From the human T2T-CHM13v2.0 reference genome, Homo sapiens: DNA of 64,000 bases. The notes beneath the pieces were generated by a model that was not told the origin of the DNA, ran no database searches, and saw nothing but the letters and a program-made list of their open reading frames with translations. Below are positions 42,975 to 55,873 of this stretch, piece after piece; position 1 is the first letter of the stretch, and every line of letters begins with the position of its first letter. A program made the translations under genes and the position numbers. The stretch lies in the NCBI RefSeq assembly GCF_009914755.1, contig NC_060947.1. One strand, 5' to 3'.

Positions 42975-43716
42975 TGTATGTGTAATTGTGGGTTTTTATT
43001 TCACTTGGGTAAATAACTAGGAGTGGGATTACTGGATCTTATGGAAAGCATACATTTAACTTCATAAGAAATGGCCAAACTATTTTCCAGAATAGCCACA
43101 CCATTTTACATTTCCACCAGCAATAAATGAGACTCTGTTACTCCTCATTCTCATCAACACTTCCTATTGTCACTATTTTTTAAATTTTAGCTATTCAAAT
43201 GGTATGTGGTGGTATCTCATTGTGTTTTTTTAATACCACATTTTAAAATTTAAAACTTTATTATTTTAATTTTATATTTTCTAATTGACAAATAACTGTA
43301 CATTTTCATAAGGTGCACAGTGATGTTTTGATATATATAATGTGTAGTAGTCATATCAAGGTGAAGAGCATATTATCATCTCAAACATTTATCGTTTCTT
43401 TATGTTGCCAAAATTAAATATAGTCATTCTAGCTACTTGAAATGATGTATTATTGTTAACTATTGTCATAATAGAGTGGTATAGAACACTAGAAGTTATT
43501 CCTCTTATCTACTTGTAATTTAGTTTGGATTTTTTTGCATTTTTCTTTTTTTTATTTAACTTTTATTTTAAGTTCAGGGGAACATATGCAGGTTTGTTAT
43601 ATAGATAAACTTTTGTTATAGGAATTTGTTGTACATATTATTTTTTGACACAGGTATTCAGCCTAATAATATCCATTAGTTATTTTTCATGATCCTCTCC
43701 TTCCTCTTAACCTCCA

Positions 43717-43717
<1 letters not shown>
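42975..43717 (-). mobile_element. Three stacked L1 3' fragments (L1MB/ME, L1MA, older L1PA)
   Basis: 'ggagtgggattactggatc'; 'atcatctcaaacatttatcgtttct'; 'ttttattttaagttcagggg.acatatgcaggtttgtta'. Confidence 0.75.

Positions 43718-43718
<1 letters not shown>

Positions 43719-43806
<88 letters not shown>
43719..43806. repeat. Compound microsatellite (TA)23(TG)21
   Basis: Directly counted: TA 43719-43764, TG 43765-43806. Confidence 0.97.
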
Positions 43807-43811
<5 letters not shown>

Positions 43812-45189
43812 TATATATATGTAAGATATATATATACATATCTTAAAATATATATAGATTTTAAATTACTTTTGGCAAATTTTCTTCCTGCTTCCTCTTG
43901 TAATCTTGAAAAAAAACTTGATAGTTTTTTTCTGTTTGCAACTTTGAGTTTCTGTATGTATCTATGTCTCTACTAAATTCTTTTGTTAATATATATTTAT
44001 ATATGTTGATCTGTATTTATATATCTATTATTATTGATATTTTATTGTTATATAAATCAATATATATCTATACATATTAATATGCATATTGACTTATATA
44101 TATCAATGAGAGAATTGTGTATATTGACTAATTTTAATTGGTGAATAATTATTTTAAGCAACTTTGAGTCTGTGACAGATATTCTGATATGATTTACAAA
44201 TGTGACATGTGTGTCAAAAAATATGGTTTTTTTAATCAATGATTTTCTGTTATATATGTATATTTTTGCATTTTTATTATGGTCCAAGCCAGGTATTCAA
44301 AACCCAGGATATATCAAATTAAAAAGTAATTCATAAATTTAAAATTATTATTATGCAACGATTTCATAATTTCTAATGATATAAAAGCACCACAGCTTCT
44401 GGGACTTATACAATATTCACTTGTTTGATTAAGACAATATGACAAAATTCCATAAAGGAGATTTTTAAATTGATTCTTTTTCTATGGCAAAATAATATAG
44501 AATTTTGTTAATTCTAATTCTTTCAATAACTGTAAACTTCAAGGTGGGAGAAATAGCACCCCCCCACCCCTCCGTTATCTCTGCAAAGTAGCATATTATA
44601 TAAACCTGTAAGCACCTATGAAAGGCAAAAGAAGGCTTAATGACAGGGGATTATATTCTTCATTGTAACCATTCTCAATATTTCTTCATGAGTATGTATT
44701 CCTCACACTAGTAAATAAGAGTAATATGAAGGAAGACGTGTTTACAGTTCTCTTTCCTCTTGATTGACAAATGTACTTATTATTTTGAACATATCTCACT
44801 GTGACTGGAATCCTGTCAAAAGTGAATGTGAAGGCAAGAGAGCACATATAATGCACATATTTTATAAAGTGCAAATAAATGAGCAATGGAGAAAAGCCCT
44901 CTTGTAATAAAGATTTACAGGATGAACAAATGGGTGGTTATTCAGAATTATAGTTGTATATCAAACTGTAGCCTTCTAGGGGGTAATTTCGATAACTGTG
45001 ATATAAATGAAGATGGAGTGTGGTTGCCAAATGATATGGATTAATGCAGAGAAATTGCCCTCTCAAGTAGCTGGATTTTATGTGTAACTTTCATGATATT
45101 TTCACAATTGTCCACTAATTTATTGATGCTTCATTTGCATGCCAAATGGTGGCATTTTGGAAGAAGTATAAAAGACTACTGTGTTTAAT

Positions 45190-46010
45190 CTAATTCAACA
45201 AGTATTTATTGCATCACTTACATATTCAAGCTATTGTAAGGAACACAAAAGAGATAATGAAAATGGTCCCAGCCCTCAAGCAACTTTTAAACTACTGAGG
45301 ATGACACATGAAACCATGAAATAACTATTTAACTGCTAACAACTGGTGCAGAGATTGAGTACCATAGAACTTCAGACTAGAGATAAATTAAAAAGCACTT
45401 GAATGATCAGGAAATCTTCATGAAAGAGGATGTCAATTTTGCTGTCATGGATGTAAATTTTAAAACAATATCTAACCCATGTATTTTATCACTATGAGCG
45501 TGATTGTGTGCTATATCGTGCAGAATATATGTAAATGATTAAACCATGTCCTCAAATATTTTATAATTCAGGAGGATAAGAGACAGGTTCACAAATAACT
45601 CTCATATAAGGCAGAATATTATATAGTACAAATAAAAACATTAAAAGTATAACAACGTTCTAAGAAGGTGGTTATGACAAGTAAATGAGAAGTTGTGGAA
45701 AACGACATGGTATTTAAACATGGCATTTTGGATGGTGTTCAAAAGAAAGGTTAGGAAACAGAGAAAAGTAGCTAGTCCAGCATGAAGCAATAGAAATAAA
45801 AGCTCCGGAGACGGGAACAGCACAGGCCTTATTTTGGATAAAGTAAACCAGTAGTAAATAAATGTGAAAAATGAAATAAATTATCACACTGAGCATTGGC
45901 CTAAAATTCAGGTTGAAGCACTATTCTTATTTCTCTGGGTATGAAGAGCCATTGAAGGTTTAAACAGAGAATAACTTGATTAAAGCTGTGATTCAGAAAG
46001 ATCAGTGGAC
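45190..46010 (-). mobile_element. L2 3'-end fragments
   Basis: 'attcaacaagtatttattg', 'ggtcccagccctcaag', 'gagccattgaaggtttaaacag'. Confidence 0.65.
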
Positions 46011-46064
46011 CAAAAAAAATTTAATGGTGAAATGAAAATGGTGAATAACAGAAATAGGGAAATA

Positions 46065-47835
46065 AATTGCTTTGACCTCGTGTATTTTGATGCTGTTAGG
46101 TGCTTACAAATTAAGATTTGTTATTTCTTCTTCATCTTGAAACCTTTATCATTACATAGTGTTGTAACCGAGCGAGTTATAGAGAAATGCCACACTCTGA
46201 GACTAATTCAGGAGTCCTTTATTGCCGGCGACCGAAAGACGGCTAGTACTCAAAATTCTCTTGGCCACAAAGAAGGGGCTAGATTTCTTTTTTGTACCTT
46301 GGTCTAAAAGGGAAGGGGGAGCCTAGCTGAAGCAATTTTTACAGTAGCAGAACAGGCAAAAAGTTAAAGGAATTAATGGTTACAGAGATAGTTAACAGAA
46401 AAATAAACAGTTCCAGGTGCAGGGGGTGAAACTATCACAAAGAGATAATGCATGGGCTTTGGGTACCATCCACCGAGCACGTCCCTAGGAGCTGCTGGTG
46501 CAGCTTGTCTCAATATCTTATTAGTAAGTGCATTCCTGGATGTGCTTGGAGTCAGCTTGCACTAGTTAAGACCTTGAGGAAGTGGGGTGGGTAAGGGGCT
46601 GCAAGTGAAGGAGCCAAAATGGAGTCTGTCTGGCTCTCTCAGCTAAGGGAGAGTCAATCAGGTTAAAACAAGGTAGGGCATCACATTAGTACCTGTCTAT
46701 ATTCTTGATACTTGTTCTTGCTCTGAAGTCTTCTCTGCTGAAATTAATATAGCTACTTGACTTTCCTTCTGATAGATGTTAGCATGATACATCTTGTTGC
46801 ATCACTTTACTTCTATCTTATATATCTACATTTATATTTAAAGTGAGTTTCTTGTAAAAAACAATCTTTGTCTTTTCATTGGTGTAAACAATTGACAATT
46901 AACGTGATTATTGATATAGTTAAATTAATATGTACATATTTTTTCTGTTCTTTATCCTTATTTTTTCTTCTACTCTTTTTTCTGCCTTTTGTCGTCTTAA
47001 TTCGGCTTTTTTTGAGATTCCATTTTATCTACTTTTTTTTAGCATATCAGTGATACTTATTTTACAACTTTTTAAAATGGGTTGCCCTACGGTTTGCAAT
47101 ATACATTTGCACTTGTTCCAGGTCCACCTTAAAATAACTTGATAGTGCTTCCTAGGTAATGCAAGCACCTTATAATAACACATATTCCCAATTTTTCTCT
47201 CATCCCTTACATCATTGCTGTCATTCATTCACTTATATATAAAGCATAATCATATATTTTTGTTATGGTCATTTTGAAAGAAAACTATCTGTCATGTCAC
47301 TAAAAAAATAAAATTAAACATTTCAATTTTATCATCACTTATTCCTTCTCTAAAGATCTTTTTTTATGGAGATATGATCATCTGACTTGTATAATTTTCT
47401 TTCTCTTTGAATATATTCCTCTAACATTTGTTGCAAGGAGGATCTACTGGCAGCAAATTCCCTCAACTTATCTCATCTGCAAAAGTCTTTATTTCTCTCT
47501 CATTTTTGAAGGATGGTTTTTCAGGATGCAGAATTCTAGGCTGGTAGGGGTATTTTTTTTCTTCTCAACAATTTAAATTTTCACTCTCTTCTTGCATGCT
47601 TTCTGAGGAGAAATAAGATATAATTCTTTTCTTTGTTATTTTATAGGTAAGGTGTTCTTTTACTTCTTCTGGCATATTTTTTCAAAGAGATTATTTTTTA
47701 CCTCCCCCTACCAAGGTGCACACAGTAATTTTTTCCGATCTTCACTGTGAAAATATAGTTGGGCTCCTGGAGGTAAAGCTCACAAAAGAGTGAACATGCG
47801 TCCTAAAACTGAGTCCCCCTGGAGTTTGTATGTCT
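46065..47835 (-). mobile_element. L1MC/MD-type fragment (ORF2 start and upstream region)
   Basis: 'tgaaattaatatagctact', 'tttaaagtgagtttcttgta', 'aaattccctcaac', 'gcagaattctaggctgg'. Confidence 0.7.
46160..46685 (-). mobile_element. LTR6-type (HERV-S71/HERV-T) solo LTR inserted in an old L1
   Basis: Minus strand begins 'tgtgatgccctaccttgttttaacctga...ctcccttagctgagagagccagac', has AATAAA (tttatt ~46217) and ends 'ggttacaaca'; TSD atag/ttag. Confidence 0.75.
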
Positions 47836-48040
47836 ACAGCTGTCATATTTAAAGTTGAGAAACCAAGATCATGCTAAGATGAGGAACAAAGTAAGAAAGT
47901 CCACTCTTAATGCTCCTATCAACATCATACTGGAAGTCCTAGTTAATGCAATAAAATTAGAAATGGAAGTAAAGGTATACAGATTGAAAAGGAAAAAATA
48001 AAATTCTTTTTTTTTTTAGTTGGGATGATTGCTTATGTAG

Positions 48041-48514
<474 letters not shown>

Positions 48515-49478
48515 TGACAACAAAAACATGAAATACTTAGGTACAATCTAACAAAATATGTATAAGATGTACATAAAGGGAAACTAAAACATTGATGAAT
48601 AATTAAAGATGTCAACTTTTTCAAAATTGTCCATAGATTCAATGCATTTCCAATCAAAATTCAAAATTGTTTTGTGGATTACAGCAAACTGATTCTAAAG
48701 TTTATGTGGAAAGGCAAAAGACCCCAAATAGCCAACACAACATTGAAGGAGAGCAAAATGAGAGGATTAATACTACCCGACTTCAAGACTATATTGTTAC
48801 AATAATCAACATATTGTGGTATTGGTAAAGAAACAGAAAAATAGATCAATGGAACAGAATAGAAAGTCCAAAAATAGACCTACATTAATATAACCAATTT
48901 ATATTTGACAAATGAGCAAGAAAGTTCAGTGGAGAAAGAATGCTCTTTTCAACAAAATGTGCTAGAATAATTGGACATTCATATGCAAAAAAATGAATGT
49001 AGACACAGACCTTGCACATTTTACAAGCAATAGCATCAAATGCATTGTAGACCTAAATGTAAATGCTAAACTATAAAACTCCCAGATGATAACATAAGAG
49101 AAAATATAGGTGGCCTTCGGTTTGGCCAAGACTATTTAGATACAGCACCATTAGCATAATCTATGGAAAAAAGGAGATACATTGGAATTCTTTAAAATTA
49201 TAATGTTTTTCTGTGAAACATCCTGTTACAGAGAATGAAAATCGAGTCATACAGTGAGACAAAATATTTTCAAAACATACACAGAATGAAGAATTTGTAT
49301 TCACAATACATAAAGAATTCTAGAAACTCAACTGTAAGAGAAGAAACATCTCAATATTAAAAACAGATAAAATATCTAAACAGACACCTCATGAAAGAAG
49401 ATCTGCAAATGGAAAATAAGCAAATGAAAACATGCTCAACAGCATATGTAATTAGGGAATTGTAAATTAAAACAACAT

Positions 49479-50063
49479 TATGATGGTTAATATTATGTGT
49501 CAACTTCATTGGATTGAAGGATGCCTAGATGGCTGCTGAAGCATTGTTTCTGGGTTTGTGCAAAGGGGTGTTTTCAGAGATTGACATGTGAGTCAGAGTA
49601 CTGGGAAAGGAAGACCCAGCCTCAGTGTGGATAAGCACTATCCAATTGGCTGCCAACAGAGATAGAACAAAGGGAGCAGAAGAAGGGAGGTATTCAGCTT
49701 GCTGAGGTCTCTTGCTCTGACCGTCCCTCCCCTTGCCAGAAGTTAGCTTTCTCTCTTCATGCCCTTGGTAATCGGACTCCAGGTTCTTTGGCCTCTGAAC
49801 TCTGGGACTTGCACCAACAGGCTCCTGGGTTCTCTTGGGCCTTTGGCCTCAGACTGAGGGCAGCACTGTCAGCTTCACTGGTTTTGAGGCTTTCACACTT
49901 GGACTGAGCCACACTATCAGCTTTTCTCAGTCCCCAGCTGGCAGAAGTCCTATCATGGGAATTCACCTTTGTAATCATGTGAGCCAATTCTCCCTAATAA
50001 ATCCCTTTTATGTATACATATATCCTATTGGCTCTGTCACTCTCAAGAACCTTGATTGATACA
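49479..50063 (+). mobile_element. MLT2A (HERVL) solo LTR
   Basis: 'tgatggttaatattatgtgtcaactt', 'ggattgaaggatgc', 'tgtaatcatgtgagccaattctccctaataaa', 'atatcctattgg'. Confidence 0.9.
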
Positions 50064-50659
50064 ATAAGAAACAACTATATAACAATTAAAATGGAAAATT
50101 CCAAAACACTGATAGCACCTAATGCTGGCAAGGAAGTTGAGTAACAAGAACTCTCATTCTTTGCTGGTGAAAATGCAAAATGGTACACCACTTTGGAAAA
50201 CAGCTTGAAACTTTCTTACAAAACTCATGTTTATAGCAGCCATACTCATAATTTCCACAACTTGGAAGTGACCATGACATCCTTGAATAGGTGAATGGAT
50301 GAACTATGTATGGCACATCCATTCAGTGGGATATTATTCAGTGATAAAAACAGAAAGACATAGATGAACTAATTTCACTAGGTGGAAAAAGCCAATCTGA
50401 AAAGGCTGTATGCTGTGTGATTCCAACTATTTGACATTCTGTAAAAGGGTGAACTATGGAGACAGTAAAAAGGTCAGTAACTTTCAGAGATTTAAGGGTT
50501 CTAAGGGAGGGAGGAGTAGATGGAGCACAAGGAATTATTAGGGCAGTGAAATTATTTCTCTGTTGATATTAAAGTATCAATATTAAAATATATACACGTA
50601 CTATGTACCCACAAAAATTAGGAATAAAAAATTTAAAACAAACCAAAGTATATATTTAT

Positions 50660-51700
50660 TTTCATGTTTGGTTTTCACAAATTTTAATATGATGTGTTTA
50701 GGTGTGGTTTTCCTTATATTTATCATTCTTGTGGTTTGTAGCATTTCCTAAATCTGTCACTGGTATTTTCCAGCTTCAAGAGTTTCTTAGTCATTAGTTT
50801 TTCAAATATTGTTGTTGTGCCATCTTTCTCTTCTATTCTTCTGTAACTCGAATTATACATTTTTATACTTTTCACCATGTCCCAAATGTCTCCTACACTT
50901 ACTTCTCTGTTATCTGTTCTATTTTTCTCCCAATAGCTGGATGTGGATATTTTCTTCTGGTTTATCTTCTAGGCCATTAATTTTCTCTTTAGCTGTCTAA
51001 CGTACTATGAAATCTATTTACTGAGTTCCTAAAATTGCTTATTGTATACTTAGTCCTAAAGTGTCCATTTTTAATTTCTTCAGTTCTCTGCTAAAATTGT
51101 CTAACTTGCCATTCAGTTTTTTGAAATATCACTCCAGATAATTTTAGTTTTTGCCTGATATCTCAAATACCTGACTATATTGTGGGTCAATTGCAATGGT
51201 CATGCTTACAATTAATGTTTGCTTAAGTTGTGTCTTTTCCTATGTCTGGTTATTTTTTATTCAGGATAGTATGTGCGGAAAATGTACAGATACTTTAAAA
51301 CTCCATCTGATGTTAACTTCTTCCTAAGAGGTTTCATTTTGTTTCCCTCAACCAGATGTGCTAATAGAAGATCACCTTAATCATGTGGTAATGAGTTTAT
51401 TATTAGAAACTGGGTTTCAGTCCTTGTTGAGATTGAGCTATTTCTAGTTCTCTCTTACTCTTAGAGAATAGCCCTTAGAGATACCAACAGTTTAGGTTGT
51501 TAGCTAGGTCCCTCTAATTTGAAGTCTCAGAACTGCCATTTTCTCCCTTAACTCTGCAAAACTTATGAAAGCTATATCCTCAATTAAGAAACTGTCACAT
51601 TCCCTTCACTGCTAAGCCTATTGCCCGCTAATTTTGAATTGGAAAATTCCCCAAGGACAAAGCAACATCAACATCAAGTTTCATATTCTAATAAAGATAT
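50660..51700 (-). mobile_element. Ancient L1ME 5'/ORF1 fragment
   Basis: 'atatgatgtgtttaggtgtggttttcc', 'ttttcaaatatt'; resembles 4260-5400. Confidence 0.55.
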
Positions 51701-52854
51701 TGGAACTTCAAAGCTGAAACCTTTTAGAGAGGGGTGAAGGAATGCTTCAGAAGTCATAAAGAAAAGCAAAGAAGACATTTACCCTTCTTCTAGTTATACT
51801 TCTAGGAAGATACTGGAGAAATAGTCATCACGTTTAAGAGCTGAAATGGAAGAACAGAATTAGTGCCGAAACAGAAAAGCCAAATTTCAGTAAAAAAAAA
51901 AAAAAAAAAGATAAAGAGACCTACATGAAAAATATGACTATAAAAGTTTTTAAATTCGTTGTCAATGTATGCAATTCATAATTATGACCAGAATTTTAGA
52001 GATGACACAGTTGCAGGTAGTAAACAAAAATTAAAGGTGTTAGAGTTATTTTATGTGTGTCTTGATTAATTAGAAGATTCATATTTCATTCTTTGCTTAC
52101 TTTGTGATTTCTTTCCACTTTCCTATGGACTAAATGGGTATTGTTTTGACAACATTTTGAGTAACTATGTTTCAAGATTGTTTGTAAAATATCTGTTATC
52201 AAATATTGGTAAATTTTGAGATGCTTATATTAAAATATCGGAGTGAGATTATATTTAAGAAATAACAGTATACTAGTCAAAAAACTAAAATATAGTACAT
52301 TTTAAAATTTAGTTTTTTAATACATACCAAATAAAGTCATCAACTAAAATGAGGGTGGATTTATCAAACACTATCTTCCACTTTCAGGATTGAAATAATT
52401 CTAACAGATGTTACAGAACACTATTTTATGAAAGTATTGTCTTTGGTATGCAATTTAGTGGAAATAGCTTATGTTGATATTTGCCTTAATTTAATATTTA
52501 TTTTTACTCACCCAGGGCAGTAGAGCTTAACTGCAAGCCTGTTATTTAAGAGAAAATGGCCTCTGTTTCTAACATTGTCAGTTCAAAATATAAACAGCAT
52601 TGAATGTGTCAAACCCATATGTAGGTGGAGAATCTACATCATTATCATTTTATTCAGATTTCTTAGAATCTATAAGATATTGATAAGAAATAGGAGCTTC
52701 CAGGATCCGTGGAGTTGAAGGGGCGTGAAAAAAAGGGTTAGAGGTCATTAAAGTAAGAACTACTAGTAATTTTCACCTTATAAGAAACAATGGCAGAAAT
52801 TCAGGTTTCTATGGCATAAATCAAATGATATTTGAAAAGCAAACATTTGAAAAA

Positions 52855-52912
52855 AATCACTTAATCTCTCTAAGTTACAACTCCTCATCTCTAAAATGAA
52901 AATGGTAATAAA
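52855..52912. mobile_element. MIR core fragment
   Basis: 'tcacttaatctctctaag...ctcctcatctctaaaatg'. Confidence 0.55.
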
Positions 52913-52996
52913 AAGCTGTATTTATTTTTATAAGTATTTGCTGAGCCACTGATGGGAAAATATTTTGTGATATAAGCAATGAAATATTTTAAAATT

Positions 52997-53569
<573 letters not shown>

Positions 53570-54275
53570 GTTTTTTTTTTTTTAACTTTTATTATAGGTT
53601 CAGGGGTACATTTGCAGGTTTGTTATATAGGGAAATTCATGTCACTGGGATTTGATGTATAGATTATTTCGTCACCCAGATACTAAGCCTGGTACCCAAT
53701 GTTTTTTTTTCTGCTACTCTCCCTACTTTTAACCGCCACCCTCTCGTAGGCCCCTGTGTCTATAGTTCCCGTCTTTGTGTCCATGTGTTCTCTTCATTTA
53801 GCTCCCACTGATAAGTAAGAACATGTGGTGTTCAGTTTTCTGTTCCTTTGTTAGCTTGCTAAAAATGATGGCCTCCAGCTCTATCCATGTCCCTGCAAAG
53901 GATGTGATCTTGTTCCTTTTTATGGCTGCATATTATTCTGTGTTGCATATGTACCACATTTTCTTTATCCAGTCTATTATTGATGGGCATTTAGGTTGAT
54001 TCCATGTCTTTGCTATTATGAATAGTGCTGCAATGAACAAACATGTGCAAGTGACTTTATAATAGAAAGCTTTATATTCCTTTGGGTATAGAACCTGTAA
54101 TAGGATTGTTGGGTTGAATAGTATTTCTCTCTCTGGGTTTTTGAGAAACCGCCACACTGTCTTCCACAATGTTTTAACTAATTTACACTCCTACCAACAG
54201 CATGAAACTGTTCCTTTTTCTCCACAATCTTGCCAGCATCTATTATGTTTTTACTTTTTAATAATAGACATTCTG

Positions 54276-54785
54276 TGTTGGCAACAGGCTGCCAAATCTG
54301 GCCGTAAACAGGCCCCCAAACTGGCCATAAACAAAATCTCTGCAACACTGTTACATGCTCCTGATGGCCATGACGCCCACGCTGAAAGTCGTTGGTTTAC
54401 CAGAATGAGGGCAAGGAACACCTGGCCCACCCAGGGCGGAAAACTGCTTAAAGGCATTCCTAAACCACAAACAATAACATGAGCGATCTGTGCCTTAAGG
54501 ACTTGTTCCTGCTGCAGATAACTAGCCAGAGCCCATCCCTTTGTTTCAGCCCATCCCTTTGTTTCCCATAAGGAATACTTGTAGTTAATCTATAATCTAT
54601 AGAAACAATGCTTATCACTGGCTTGCTGTCAATAAATATGTGGGTAAATCTCTGTTTGAGGCTCTCAGCTCTGAAGTCTGTGAATCCCCTGATTTCCCAC
54701 TCCACACTCAATATTTCTGTATGTGTGTCTTTAATTCCTCTAGCACCGCTGGGTTAGGATCTCCATGACTGGGCTGGTCTCGGCA
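54276..54785 (+). mobile_element. MER9 (HERV-K9/HML-3) solo LTR
   Basis: tgttgg...ctcggca termini; 'ctggccataaacaaaatctctgca'; AATAAA at 54631; perfect 6-bp TSD attctg. Confidence 0.93.
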
Positions 54786-55495
54786 ATTCTGACTGGTGTG
54801 AGATGGTGTCTCATTGCAGTTTTGATTTGCATTTCTCTAATGATCAGTGATGCAGAGCTTTTTTCATATGCTTGTTTCATCATGTATGTTTTCTTTTGAG
54901 AAGTGTCTGTTCATGTCCTTTGCCCACTTTTTAATGGGGTTGTTTGTTTTTTCCTTGTGAATTTGTTAGTTCTTTATAGATGCTGGATATTAGACCTTTA
55001 TCAGATGCATTGATTGAAAAATTTTATCAAATTCTGTAGGTTTTCTGTTTATTCTGTTGATAGTTTCTTTTGCTGTGCAGAAGCTTTGTAGTTTAATTAG
55101 ATCCCATTTGTCAATTTTTGCTTTCATTGCGATTGCTTTTGGCATCTTTGTCATGAAATCTTTGCCTGTGCCTATGTCCTGATGGTATTGCCTAGGTTTT
55201 CTTCTAGGGTTTTTATAGTTTTACATTACATTTAAGTCTTTAATCCATCTTCATTTTTGTATATGGCTTAAGGAGAGGGTCCAGTTTCAATATTCTGCAT
55301 ATGGCTAGCCAATTCTCCCAGCACCATATATTAAAAAGGAAATCCTTTCCCCATCGCTTGTTTTTGTCAGGTTTGTTGAAGATCAGATGCTGGTAGGTGT
55401 GTGTTCTTATTTCTGGGTTCTCTATTCTGTTCCATTGATCTATATGTCTGCCCTTGTACCAGTACCACACTGTTTTGGTTACTGTAGCCTTGTAG

Positions 55496-55873
<378 letters not shown>

